Source of the DNA: Pocillopora damicornis
Taxonomy: Eukaryota
Length of the DNA: 64,000 nucleotides
Direction of reading: 5' to 3'
Assembly: GCF_003704095.1 (NCBI RefSeq)
Contig: NW_020843826.1
Span: 1 to 64,000, forward strand
Shown: one piece after another, positions 37,602-50,429 of the stretch
How positions within the stretch are numbered: the stretch's first letter is position 1
Layout of the letters: the number at the start of each line of letters is the position of its first letter
The notes under the pieces: model-generated
The model's database searches: none
Seen by the model: the letters and a program-made list of their open reading frames with translations, nothing else
Told to the model about the DNA's origin: nothing
Made by a program: the position numbers and the translations under genes

Positions 37602-37780
37602 TGGTTTGATGCTACTCTGGTTTACAGATTTAATGAATGTAACCGAAGAAGTTACAATTCATAGACCCAACGCTTCGACACTCCTGTGTCGAAACCGGGA
37701 GTGTCGAAACGTTGGGTCTATGAATTGTAACTTCTTCGGTTACGCTCATTAAATCTATAAACCACAGTAGCATCAAACCA
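37602..37780. repeat. ~180-bp near-perfect inverted repeat (arms ~83 bp)
   Basis: tggtttgatgctact...gacccaacgcttcgacactcc versus ggagtgtcgaaacgttgggtc...agtagcatcaaacca. Confidence 0.92.
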
Positions 37781-38285
37781 TTTCTGATTGACCACCTGGT
37801 TGCCGTGTGAACTTTAATATAGTAAAAAAACCTGTTTAACAAGTCGGCTGCGCGCGATTCGCTTCTCCATCCGCTTTCCTTTTTCCGCCTTATGAGAAAT
37901 GAACAGAAAGACTTAGCACAAAAATAAGCAGTTGGATAATAAATAATTTATCAGGCTCGTCAAAATATGGCACAACTCGTAATACTCAGCGATACTACAC
38001 ACCAAAACGTCTGATAAGACGTATTTATTTTATCTTTATATGCATAAGGTGAAACACTGCCTTTCCTTCATTACCACCCGGTAAGCGTTTTCAAATTCTC
38101 TCAAGGCTGAGAGATCATTAATTATTTATTGCTGGGCAATAAATAATGAGCGGTCCTCTATAGCCGACCACAGTTTGACACTGCAATTTTCACTTTGCTT
38201 CACAGATTCACAGAAATTTACCTCCGTTGTGAAATTCGATCTTATCCAAGGATATTAGACCTGGTTGAAATGAGGAATCTTTCTG

Positions 38286-41200
38286 ATGGGAACGTTCACC
38301 GTGAGAAATCTGCGAGCTGACATACAGAACGTCTCCATGAGGCAAAGTCGAATCCTCGGACCCAGTCTCGCGCGCTTTATTGTTTGCTACATTTGCGCTT
38401 GCGCGGTAGTCTATTTCTATTTCCGGTATTACTTAACAGACGAGAGAGATTATGGTGTACCTATTCCCGCAACTATCATTCACGAAAATGCATTTCGACC
38501 GCTAAAGACATTATCGCCTGAAAAAATTTCATCCTCGCCAAATGAATTATTTGAGAAATTGCAGAAAAAATTGAGGGGTCGAAAATTAAGACCAGGTGTT
38601 TTCGGAATGGTGAATAGTTACAGTTGGCGAGAGTCAAAGGACAAGAGTATTGAAAAATCCAAGGTTTTATCAATTGTTTCAAAAGGTGGAGGAAGTGGTA
38701 CAAGCCAGTTTGATAACTACAGCAGCCATTCAACAAACTATACCGACTATTTCAATACCAGGAAAAATGATTTGCCGTTTGAAAGGGATTCAGGACGTAA
38801 CGTGGAAAATATTTCAACTCCGGTTTCAATTTCTGAAAAGGAGAACTTTGATCTGGACTTTATAGAGGTAATTCAGAGCGACACTAAAGATTCGTTCGTT
38901 TCTCGTCAATTTCAAGATTTCCGACGCCAGTGGTTACGTCAGCGTCGCGCACGCGTAGACTGGCAGAGTATGATTCAACCGTGCGTTGACAATATGGCCT
39001 GGGGACAAGTAAAGAGTCACTGGGGCAAACAGAACAGAACTAACGCAGTTACCAGTGATGTGATATTTTGGGACATAAAGCCTGTGGGGGAGTTTAGCAA
39101 AATTTTCATTCAATCAAAGACCTCAGAAAATAGAACGAAAATGATTGGTGGAGATACTTGGAGGGTCTACCTACGTGGCCCAGCAAGCGTTGCGGCGACT
39201 GTTTTTGATCACAATAATGGAACTTATGAAGCTCTGTTTCTTATCATGGAACCAGGTATCTATCAGTTGACAATTTACCTGGATTACAGTCTATGCGATG
39301 GATTCAGGGACCCACCGCGTGACTGGTTCATAAAAGGGAATGCTCAGGGAAAGTATCAGAAAGATGGGCTTTTGGGCCCTCTGGACGACTACTTGATACA
39401 GCCCCTTCAGAATGGGAATCCTATCATTATAAATGTACCAGAATCGCGGCTCAACATGTCTCTGATAGGTAAGTAAGTAACTTGGTTACATAACAGGTTA
39501 ATTTTGCTGGATTGAAACGGTAAGGGAGGGATGGTATGTATTGTCACCAGTCGTTCAGATAATGCTTATTTGAACATGGCATTTTACATCCCTCTGAAAA
39601 GTCAGCTACAAAGAGGAAATCTCCAAAAAAGCCGCTGTGAATGAATGGGGACTATTTTGAGTGATTTATGAACTCTAACCTTAGATCTCCTTTCGAGATA
39701 TTTTAGCAACGTTTTTCATTGCATTCAGGTGAAACGCAAAGCACGTGACATATGCACTGCAAACTAGCTTCAAAGGAATGTCAGAAAATTAAAAACAGTC
39801 ATAGTTATAAAAATTATCGAGCCACTAATTAACTTACGTGTTTGATACCGTTTTCTCCCCAATTCACCAGGAAAAAGAGATAAAGAAGTCAAATTTTAAT
39901 AAATTGTTGTAACGGTGACCTCTTTTTCGTTTCCTCTTTCAAGAACACCTCAGGAAGGATCTGGACTCGTGCAAGTACACCTGCAGTCACCTATGGGATG
40001 GATTTGGTCGATGGAAAAATGATGAGTGGAAGCCGTTTCTTGATGGTGAGAAAATGACAAAAGTGAGATGATATCAATATACAGAGAGTAAATACTAAAT
40101 GTGTGTCGAAAATTATCGGGGCCCGCATTGATTTTGCTTTACTAAGCTCGATCATAACTTGAAAAAAAAATTAAGTCATTCACCCCTATTGCTTGGTGAC
40201 CGCTTAATACAGGTTGACCAGTTAAAACAAGTTCCGCAGATGAGGGGTATTATTAAAAAAAAACGATAAAAAACGCCACCTAATGCCATAATTGACAACT
40301 TCATGTACAGAATGTCCCTCCTGAGTTTTCCTCAGGCTTCGCTCTTGGAAAACTCTTCGCATTTTAGAACAGATAATGTCCGCGAACAAATATCCGTGCA
40401 TACTTTCGCGCCATGTAGAACCTATCTTTTTATATATCGGACACTAGTGCCCAAAATCAGTCAACTTAAGACATAAATCAAACGCAAGTGTCAAATCCTA
40501 CACTATTATTTAAAATCGGACACTAGTATCTAAAACCGGACACTAGGTAATCGTAGTAGTAGGACTGAGTGGAGTCCACCTCGGTTTGAAATCATATTAG
40601 TGATTGACAAAATCGGGTGACTGCGAAGAGGAAGTCCGATTTGTTTATTACGAGTATAATTGCAGACAAAATTGGACGACACGAAGTCCTGTTACCAATC
40701 AATTACATCATGACTCAAGTTGAGAAACAAACTAGCCATCTGCCATACTTTTTCAGAAAAAAAACAACAGTTACCTCGGCTAAATGCGCGACAACAGCGT
40801 ATACACAGGATCCGTACCATCCAATTATACAGGCACGACGAATAGGCTGTCCAATTATACTGTCCAATTACAAGCACGAGGCGTTCACTGTCCTATTAAA
40901 GCTCAGTTTGGGATGGTGATAATCAACCACGTTCGAGAACTTTCTTGTAGTTTCGATGATTTCCAACCTCAGACACGAGTGTCTCAAATCGGACTCTAGT
41001 GTCTAAAATCAGACACTACCTTCGACTCAGATATTAGTTTCTTAAATCACACATTGGTTTTTTAAGTTTGTTGAGACCAGAATAAAAATTATATTTCTAG
41101 CACTCTGACAGTCTTCTTTCCCTTCAGATTAGCGCTGATTTCCACAGAATTATTGGGAATGGATAAAGAATACATTTTTCGTTCCGTGTTAGCTGTTTAG

Positions 41201-42227
41201 GGGTTCGATGATTTCAATGCAATGCATGTGTTTTTATTATTATTGTTTCTCGCTTAAAAATAGATTCCTATGACTGGTCGATGCCACAACAGTATCAGCC
41301 GGCTGGTTTCCTTTGGGTGTACGGGGATTCTCTTGCTGTCCGTTTGGGGAAGTCTGTTCAGTCGCGTGGCCTTTGTACCCGTCTTTACTGGAGATGTTCG
41401 CAGAGTTACAACTGGATATACCCTGTGATGAGCGAAGCTTTAAGTAAAGAACAGAACGATGATTTAGACTTCTCATCTGAAAAGGTTATAGGAACCATTG
41501 TAGATGTTTTGCGGCGGCGCGAGATGCAACGAAGGGACAGTGTTCTACTCATAAACCTCGGAATTCATTTTCCGATTAGTATCAATTTTACAACATTCCA
41601 GAGGCTTGTTGGAGACCTTATAAATGTCTTGAAGGAAACGAAAATCGACTCACAGGGAAATAGGGTTCCAAAGTATCCTGCAAAGGTTATTTGGAAATCA
41701 TCGACAGCTATTCACAAAGAAAAAGTGGAGATGAAAAATAAGACTAACTGGAGATTTTTTACTACTCAAGTAAGTACATAGTGGTAGTAAAAAAAATTAA
41801 TTCTGACTCACTGTTTAAGGCTTCATTTAGCAACATAATGGACACAAATCTTATCCCATATAGAAAAATATCAAGTCGGTGCCGAGATTATTGGCAAAAG
41901 ATTAATCCTCCCGCCTGGCAATTGATCACAAGTGATGTAGACCTTATCAATTTTTTTTTTAATCAACCATGCAGGATGCTCAATCATTTTTTTTTCCAGC
42001 GAGTTCTTCTGTTCAGCACCTACGCCATGTCGGCCATGTGTCAAGCGGGTTTTGACGTCATAGATGTCTATCCAATGACCGACTCGTATCCAAGGGGTAC
42101 GCTGGATGAGGTTCATTATCCCGACAGAGTTTTCCATCTAATGGAGACAATGCTGGAGAAATACAAGACAAATGACAATATGCGAGTGAACATCGGGGAG
42201 GGTGGTATTAGAAGATGTATTGGTTAG
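38286..42227 (+). CDS. NXPE-like (neurexophilin + PC-esterase/SGNH) type II membrane protein 1, ~672 aa; exons 38286-39468, 39944-40045, 41264-41769, 42000-42227
   Basis: N-terminal TM, GGD...DHNNGTYEA (NXPE-type beta domain), GDS, NLGIH and DEVH (DxxH). Spliced length 2019 nt is in frame. The start could instead be the ATG at 38337. Confidence 0.85.
40545..40965. repeat. Dispersed repeat with internal palindrome, inserted among ggacactagtgtctaaaat-type short repeats
   Basis: aaaatcggg...tccgatttgtt inverted core; (g)gacactag repeats on both sides (40437-40546, 40972-41055). Confidence 0.55.
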
Positions 42228-43675
42228 AACAAAACTATTCTTGTACTGTTTCTTACGAAAGATAATGGTATTTGTGTGATCGGGATTCCACCGCCTTGCT
42301 TTTGGGAGACTGGTACGTGACTATGTATCGTGCTATCTTCCAGGCCTTCTCGGTCAACCATCAAGGTGCCTTTTTGTTTTGGAACAAAGAGACAACTGTT
42401 TTGCTATGGAAAGTGGGGTCTTCACATTATTGCTAACTGATTTAGTCGTAAAAGCGACGAAAGGTCCACAATATGAAGTCAATAAGGTTACGAAGAGGTG
42501 CTGTCATGTGAAATCTGGCATGAGCAGCAACTAGCGCTAATGAAAACTAAGAACTTTCGGCCATCAAGCGATTAAACATAACTACCAAACTGATGCGTGC
42601 TAGGCAATCACAACGAAGAAAACTTCTTTAATGAAAGTTTAATAATTTGAACAATATCTGGACTTTCGAAAGTTAAAATCTTGCTTAATATGTATCAATA
42701 GGCAGCGTACGTGCTCTTACATTAAACTTTTCATTCTGAGTTTCTGGTATTCGTCATTAACTCAACTAACGCGTATTGAGAGCATTACATCATTGATTTT
42801 GGTTGTTGGCTTGAATTTGAAAAATAAATCATAGACCTAACTTTATCAAAAAGTTTTGTAATTTCAGTGATGGCGAATATTTTTTAGCATGGCTGGTTTC
42901 ATTGCTCTGGCGTTTACAGTTCACTGACGCTAACTGAAAAATTAAATGGCTTCCTACGAAATTGCACAGCGACGTCCGTATACTACCCTTCCGAAAAAAA
43001 ACTCATACCTTATATGTTATAAAAAATAATCACAAAATGCAACACATCAAGCAAGATTTCTCCAGATTTGCCCTCGAAGCTTTGCTCCTCGGCCAAAATT
43101 TCATTTCACGTACAATATCTCCGCCGCGGACATTATTGCTAATAAAATCATCGCTCAAAGAGCGAGAAAATCGCACCTGTAGGTAGAGGAGTCAGATTGT
43201 TACATCCTATTCAATAAGTGACATAAAAGCATCACCATGCCATTCACAGAACGTTGATAACTACCACAACCGACAACTAGTTTTTCACGGTTTATTACAA
43301 AGGGGTATCTATAAACAAAACGTCCTCAAACGCCCTCGGGTATTCATAAATTATATCTGTTAGTCTGTTAGACTTGGACGAATTTGAACGAAAATGTATT
43401 CAAATTTTTTCCTAGAGAACTCTGATTTACTAGATTGGGGGAGAACCCCAAATAGTCATTTCAAAGACGGCAGAGGAAGTGCGAGTGTTACCCCTGTTAG
43501 TACTCCATGCTTACCTCTGTTTTAACTTTTATTTTATTATTATTATCATTATTGTTATTATTATTATTTATTATTTATTTATATTTTTTTTGTTTAAAGA
43601 GAAACCATGAGAATGATATGAAAATATGTACCACATCCACATGTGTGTTTTGTGTCAAAGTCGTTTAAATTATTT

Positions 43676-43989
43676 GTTACACCCATTTTGAAATCATTGT
43701 TGATCCTTGTAATCTGATTGGCTCGCACTGGCGTGCTTAATGGGCGAATCGCACCATTTTTTTTAAAATAAATCACAGCTATTTCCCAACTAATGAGGAA
43801 CTTTTGCTAAAATACGACAAACAATCAGATTTTAAGGCTTGTTTGAAGAAAAAAACAAATTGCAAGAAAATGAAAAACAATTTTTGCAACTTTCTACAAA
43901 CCAATTACTGGATCAATAAAATATACTTGTATAGACTTTAAAATCCTGCATCTGAGCGACTGAATTTTGCGATTTCAAAACGGATGTAA
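43676..43989. mobile_element. TIR MITE
   Basis: ttacacccattttgaaatc ... gatttcaaaacggatgtaa inverted ends. Confidence 0.65.
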
Positions 43990-44635
43990 GAAAATGGTGT
44001 CTAAACTTCGTGTTAGCGGACTAAGCCTGTTGTGTGCACTCGTTTTATTTTGAAATAATGCATATGATTTCAGACCTACTAACTTACATGAAAAAATTAC
44101 GCTCTTCTTATTGGCTGAAAACAAGTGTACTCTCCTGTAACACGAGTGAAAAGTTGTAACACGAGTGCGAATTACAAATAGCACGTGCACGCATTCAAAA
44201 TTTCGCATGGTCGAGGGAATTCTGGGAGGCAAACCTCTTGCAATCGTCTGATGACTTTTCGGCAACAATGCTCTTTTCAAACCGGAATCGACTTTGCTGA
44301 AATTAAAGACAAAATTCCTTACCAAAACGCCAGTGTCCCAAACAAAAGTTTGTTTCATTACACCTTGAATAACAAGGGAGGCTTAAGATCTACCAGACAA
44401 CTAAAATCTTACAAATCAAACGACTCCCTTTAGGCAAGGGGACTACAAAATGAAAGAATAACCGACCTACTCCGATAACCCGAACCAAATTTCCAAATAT
44501 ACCTCTGGCAAAGAAAATACATGTCTCGTATTGGCCATGTCAGACACAAGCTGGGAATAACTCAAACCCATTCTTTGCAAAAATTATTTGCGTGCAAGGC
44601 CATGCCAAAGACTGCCATTTCAGTCTTTTTTTTCG

Positions 44636-46802
44636 TCAGCTGGTACATCTCCCAATTCTTCTCTTGCTATCATCTGTTCCTATTCTTTGATTTCTGTTAG
44701 CCTTGTAATTCTCTAAAAGCGTTTCTAAGGTATTAAACACTTTGTTTGGATAGTGAACGACGTCATTTGCCAAAGTACCCCCCGGATACGAATCTGTCAT
44801 TGGGTATACGTCTATGACGTCAAAACTCGCTTGACACATGGCTGACATGGCGTAGGCGCTGAATAGAAGAACTCGCTGAAAAAGAAATAAAATAAGACAA
44901 AATAAGGTGATCAAATGTTTGAATTTAAGACTGCTATAATTTTATGGTCATCGATACAGAGATTGCCTTTAAATATGCACAAACCTGCGGTGTAAGGAAT
45001 CTATTATTTGTTGGGTTGAGTATCGCTCCATTGTGCTTACACAAAGCTGTAGTTGATTTCCAAATGATCTTGGCCTTATACTTTGGAACTTCTTTGCCTT
45101 GTAAGTCAACTTGTGTCTCTTTCAACAAATTTATTACTTCTCCGATGAGCTTCTGGAAAGTTGTAAAATTGATGTTGGTAGTATAGTGAAGTCCAAGGTT
45201 TAAAAGTAATACACTGGAAGGCTGCTGTAATTCATTCGTATTAAGAACGTTTCGAATGGCTTTCAAAACCTCCCCAGCACGGAAGTCGAGGTTATCGTTT
45301 TTCGTCTTGCTCTGTTGCTCGTTAATTATTGGATAGAGCCAGTTATAACTGTGTTTGCATTTTAAGTAGAGCTTTCTACATAGGGCTCGAGAGCTGACTG
45401 AAAGATACAGACGAACCGCCAATGAATCACCATACACCCAAAGAGTTCCAGAAGAGCTGTAATTTGCTGGTAGAGACCAGTTGTATGATTCTGTAAGAAG
45501 GCAAATATTCAATGAAGTAAGGGATTCTTTGATTATTTACAATACGCTTTGCGTCTAGGTCTTACTATCAAAACTGATTACAAACCAGTGCCAGCAAAGT
45601 AAATACATATTTGCTTGTTCTTCCAATTTGGCTTCGCCAATGACGAATGAGTTCTTACCTTCAAGGTATGGCCGCCATTTGTTATTCTTCCACCGACCAA
45701 ATCCATCCCACAAGTTATTACATGCCGAAGAGCACGACTCTAGAGAATGAAGTTTGTCTGTACAGAACAAAGTTGCAAGAAAAAAAAATTGAAATTTAAG
45801 TTATACACAACGTTGTTGAAGTAATCTGAGATTCCTTTGGTTTTCTTTTACTTTGCTATGTGATTGGTCCGCGCTACTTTCTCGGCCAATCAGATTTAAA
45901 GCCAAAACCAATCGCAAATTGGTAACGTGTTTCCCGCGCTTGAAGATGTTTGTGTATTTTCACTTTGAGCGCTCATTGGCTGCTCATGAATATTGCCTTT
46001 CATCTGATTGGCCGTTGTGATTACGTTGATATCGGTTTGCGACACTCAATCAAAAAGCGCTCTAAGCGATAGATTTATTTGTACGGCGCTTTCGCGGTAA
46101 ACGCTGCCAGGTTATTACATACCGGCTAATGGTAAAATTGTGTTTTCCGTCTGCCAAGTTACTAACCATCTAATGAAAAGTTCGTCTCTGCCTTTGTTAC
46201 GTTTATCTCCAAAGGCCTTCCGCTCTGAAGGGGCTGGAACAAGTAATCATCCAGAGGGCCTAGAAGACCCTCCCGCTGAAATTTCCCTTGAGCATTGCCC
46301 TTAATAAACCAGTCACGTGGTGGATCCTTGAATCCATCGCACAGACTATAATCCAGATAAATTAACAGCTGATAGATACCAGGTTCCATGATAAGAAACA
46401 GAGCTTCATAAGTTCCATTATTGTGATCAAAAAGAGTCGCCGCAATGTTTGCTGGACCACGTACGTAGACCCTCCAAAAGTCTCCACCAATGACTTTCGT
46501 TATATTATCCGACGTTTTTGATTGGATGAAAATCTTACTATACTCTCCCGCAGGCCTGATGTCCTGAAATATTATCTCACTCGTAGAGGCATTGGTTCTG
46601 TTAGGTTTTTCCCAGCCGGCCTTCACTTTTCCCCAGGCCATATTGTCATGACATGGATTGATTATGGCTTGCCAGTCCATGCGGGCTCGGCGCTGACGCA
46701 CCCACTCTCGACGGAAATCATCGTATTTATTCGCTTGGTTCGCTTTTTTTAAAGAAGGAATTGGCGGAAAGTCCATCAAATCGTCGTATTTATTCGTTTT
46801 GT
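44636..46802 (-). CDS. NXPE-like protein 2, 5' end in gap; exons (gap)46802-46167, 45757-45659, 45490-44985, 44875-44636
   Basis: Paralog of gene 1 with the same intron positions; GGD/DHNNGTY, GDS, NLGLH and DVVH motifs are intact. Confidence 0.87.
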
Positions 46803-46902
46803 NNNNNNNNNNNNNNNNNNNNNNNNNNNNNNNNNNNNNNNNNNNNNNNNNNNNNNNNNNNNNNNNNNNNNNNNNNNNNNNNNNNNNNNNNNNNNNNNNN
46901 NN

Positions 46903-47766
46903 TGGTCGGTGGAGGAATGACAAATGGCGGCCATACCTTGAAGGTAAAAACTGACCCGTCATTGGCCGAGTCAAATTAGAAGAACAAGCAAATATATCTA
47001 TTTTGCCGGCAATGGTTTGCAATTAGTTTTGATAGTAAGACCTCGACGCAAAGTGTATTGTAAAAAATTGAAGAATTCCTCACCTCATTGGATATTTACC
47101 ATCTTACAGAATCGTACAACTGGTCTCCATCAGCAAATTACAGCTCCTCTGGAACTCTCTGGGTGTACGGTGATTCATTAGGGGTTCGTCTGTATCAGTC
47201 AATCAGCTCTCGAGCCCTATGTAGAAAGCTCTACTTTAAATGCAAAAACAGTTATAGTTGGCTCTATCCAATAATTAACGAGCAACAGAGCAGGACGAAA
47301 AACGATAACCTCGACTTCCGTGCTGAGGAGGTTTTGAAAGCCATTCGAAGCGTTCTTAATACGACTGAGTTACAGCAGCCTTCCAGTGTATTACTTTTAA
47401 ACCTTGGACTTCACTATCCTGTCAGCGTCAATTTTACAACTTTCCAGAAGGTCATCGGACAAGTAATAAATTTGTTGAAAGAGACACAAGTTGACTTACA
47501 AGGCAGAGAAGTTCTAAAGTATAAGGCCAAGATCATTTGGAAATCAACCACAGCTTCATGTAAGCACAAGGGAAAGAAATTCAACCCAACAGATAGTAGA
47601 TTCCTTACACCGCAGGTTTGTGCATATTGAAAGCCAATGCGTTTATTGATGACCAAAAAATCATAGCTGTCTTAAATTCAAACATTTCATCAGTTGTATG
47701 TTCAACTAGAAATTCTGTTCGAGCCATCTTATTTTGTCTTATTTTATTTCTTTTTCAGCGAGTTCT
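46903..47766 (+). CDS. NXPE-like protein 3, gap-bounded fragment: end of exon 2 (to 46943), exon 3 47110-47615, start of exon 4 at 47759; 3' UTR piece at 47978-48095
   Basis: Close inverted paralog of gene 2, including introns and 3' UTR; GDS and NLGLH present, no stops. Confidence 0.78.
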
Positions 47767-49897
47767 NNNNNNNNNNNNNNNNNNNNNNNNNNNNNNNNNN
47801 NNNNNNNNNNNNNNNNNNNNNNNNNNNNNNNNNNNNNNNNNNNNNNNNNNNNNNNNNNNNNNNNNNNNNNNNNNNNNNNNNNNNNNNNNNNNNNNNNNNN
47901 NNNNNNNNNNNNNNNNNNNNNNNNNNNNNNNNNNNNNNNNNNNNNNNNNNNNNNNNNNNNNNNNNNNNNNNNNNNNNATGGGTTTGAGTTATTCCCAGGC
48001 CTGCTTGTGTCTGACATGGTCGATACGAGACACGTATTTTCTTCGGCAGAGGTTATATTTGGAGATTTGGTTCGATTTGTTCGGAGTAGGTCGATNNNNN
48101 NNNNNNNNNNNNNNNNNNNNNNNNNNNNNNNNNNNNNNNNNNNNNNNNNNNNNNNNNNNNNNNNNNNNNNNNNNNNNNNNNNNNNNNNNNNNNNNNNNNN
48201 NNNNNNNNNNNNNNNNNNNNNNNNNNNNNNNNNNNNNNNNNNNNNNNNNNNNNNNNNNNNNNNNNNNNNNNNNNNNNNNNNNNNNNNNNNNNNNNNNNNN
48301 NNNNNNNNNNNNNNNNNNNNNNNNNNNNNNNNNNNNNNNNNNNNNNNNNNNNNNNNNNNNNNNNNNNNNNNNNNNNNNNNNNNNNNNNNNNNNNNNNNNN
48401 NNNNNNNNTCTCGCAACAGTGAGATTCAAATACCTCAAAAACAGTTTTTACCCTACCTGAAACAGTACTTGCTTTGATGCTGAATGACCAAAGTGGAAAG
48501 TCCCTGACCTAATCAAGATTGAAAAGTTAGCACTAAAACACTTTCTACTTATTTCTTAAGCAGGGAAGGACATTAACATGAGATGTAAGAAGTGTGACCT
48601 TCATTGAGTATAAAGACTGATGCCTGTTAGTATGATGCAACAGTCACTGACAGTGCAAAACCCGTGTCACCAAGAATCAGCTGCATGCTTGAAGCTGATC
48701 AAAATGGAGATAATGACGCCAACTGGTACATGTAACAATGACATTTATAAGCATTTACTTAAATGAATCCTTACCACTCAAAATTCTAACCATTGGGCTT
48801 TGCTTCCCAATCCCCAATCATAAACCTTGGCAAATGGAAATTTCATTTATGTAGCACACCTTAATCGGCATATGGCAAAAAATAACTGTATGTCCTTTGA
48901 ATCAAGTAAATGTACCTTTCACCAATGGCAAGAAACAAGGAATCTTCACTCCATGCTATACAATCAATCTCATTCTGTAAAACAAAAAAGGCAATCAAAA
49001 GATGAGACAAAGGCAGCAGTTTTATCAAAAGCCAGTTATTAGCTCTCTAGGCTACCTATAAGACCTCTAGCTACTCTCAGTTTAGTTTGCAAGCAGGCTG
49101 TCCTGTTTGGGTCAAGGTCTTAGCCCCTTACACCTCAATGTCATCATACATATTCTCTATACTGTTCTTTATACATTTCCAAAGAGGCCAACAAGGAGAA
49201 TTTGTTTAACAATCAAGAGCTGCTTCAGTTTGTGATCATCTCCTCTATTCTCATGACTTTCATGTTTGATTCAGGAGTCATATAGTAAGGAGAAATTAGA
49301 TGCTAGTCACTCTTAGGGGCTCAAGGATTTAGGCCCCTTTCTGGGTACAGCTACCTATTAGACTATCAGCAGCCACGTATGGGAATAATTATTGAGACTC
49401 ATGCAAGGGTCTGCACTGACCAATAAATAAACATTCATCAAACAATGCACAAAGCTCAGATAAACAAACCAATCCCATCCAGTGTGTTAGAAAAACTAAG
49501 TTTCTTACNNNNNNNNNNNNNNNNNNNNNNNNNNNNNNNNNNNNNNNNNNNNNNNNNNNNNNNNNNNNNNNNNNNNNNNNNNNNNNNNNNNNNNNNNNNN
49601 NNNNNNNNGTATACTGATCTTGGGGTGTAAAGGGTTAACCTTTGAAGATGTATTTTTTCTGAATTTTTTATTCTCATCAGCATTTGGTGACAAACTAATT
49701 TTCACATAACGAACGTGTTAGACGAATTCATTTCACCATCCGGTTGTGATCAACTGTAATTAATAGTTATTGCTTAATCCATTGACTATAGATTAACTGT
49801 GGGACTTGAAACTTCATTTAACGGTTCGCAGACTTTTAACAAAAGTTTAATTCAACTGAGTTGAGAACGTAAATTTGCCACAGTAAAGAGTTTAAAA

Positions 49898-49931
49898 GCT
49901 GATGTTTCGAGTGTTAGCCCTTCGTCAGAGC
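49898..49931 (-). ncRNA. Minimal type-I hammerhead ribozyme motif (degenerate) in a Penelope-like repeat fragment (~49850-50055)
   Basis: GCU-CUGACGA-AGGGCUAACACUC-GAAAC-AUC-AGC: CUGANGA and GAAA boxes, short stem II, stem I GCU/AGC, NUH triplet. Confidence 0.65.
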
Positions 49932-50429
49932 GATCGAAGGAATGGGGTTGTGTGACTGTTTCTAGGCAGAAAATGGAGCAGCGCTATTGGTGGAAATATG
50001 GTGACGAGAAAACAAGAATAGATCAGTTGAATAAAAAGTGCTCGTTGATACGCACGCGGCCCAAGCTCCAGCTGTAGGAAGGGCTTCTCTTATGTAGTAA
50101 ACCTAAAAATGGATAACTCGCTAAAATGGGTTCTTTTCGTTTATGTATGCGGTCAGATAACAAGCGATACGCTTTGGAAGTAAGGTGAGGTATTTTATTG
50201 AGAATTTGACTTATTTTTTTATTCCTTAGAGTGGTCATAAATATTCCATACAAACTCTTATAATTCCGCCATGACTGTTATTGCGCATGATGATCATTTC
50301 ACAGCTAGAGCTGAGGCCGCCTGTGGTTTGAAAGATAAATTTTAATCAAACTGGGCGAAGAGACAAGGCAACATCTCATCGATCAACAACAATGATCAAC
50401 AACAATGATCAACAACCGTCACCAGCTTT

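Noticed and set aside
38270-38320. Short out-of-frame uORF at the NXPE-1 start
   Set aside because: Common by chance; the true start codon is itself uncertain.
46162-47022. 286-aa ORF read through the gap
   Set aside because: Chimeric: its N-terminus is the antisense of NXPE gene 3 joined to gene 2 across Ns.
47618-48477. Long ORFs rich in X
   Set aside because: Artefacts of N-gaps.
49645-49682. CUGAUGA-GAAU-AAAA-AUUC-AGAAA hammerhead-like string on the minus strand
   Set aside because: Extra base before GAAA, no stems I or III, and not conserved in the paralogous copy.
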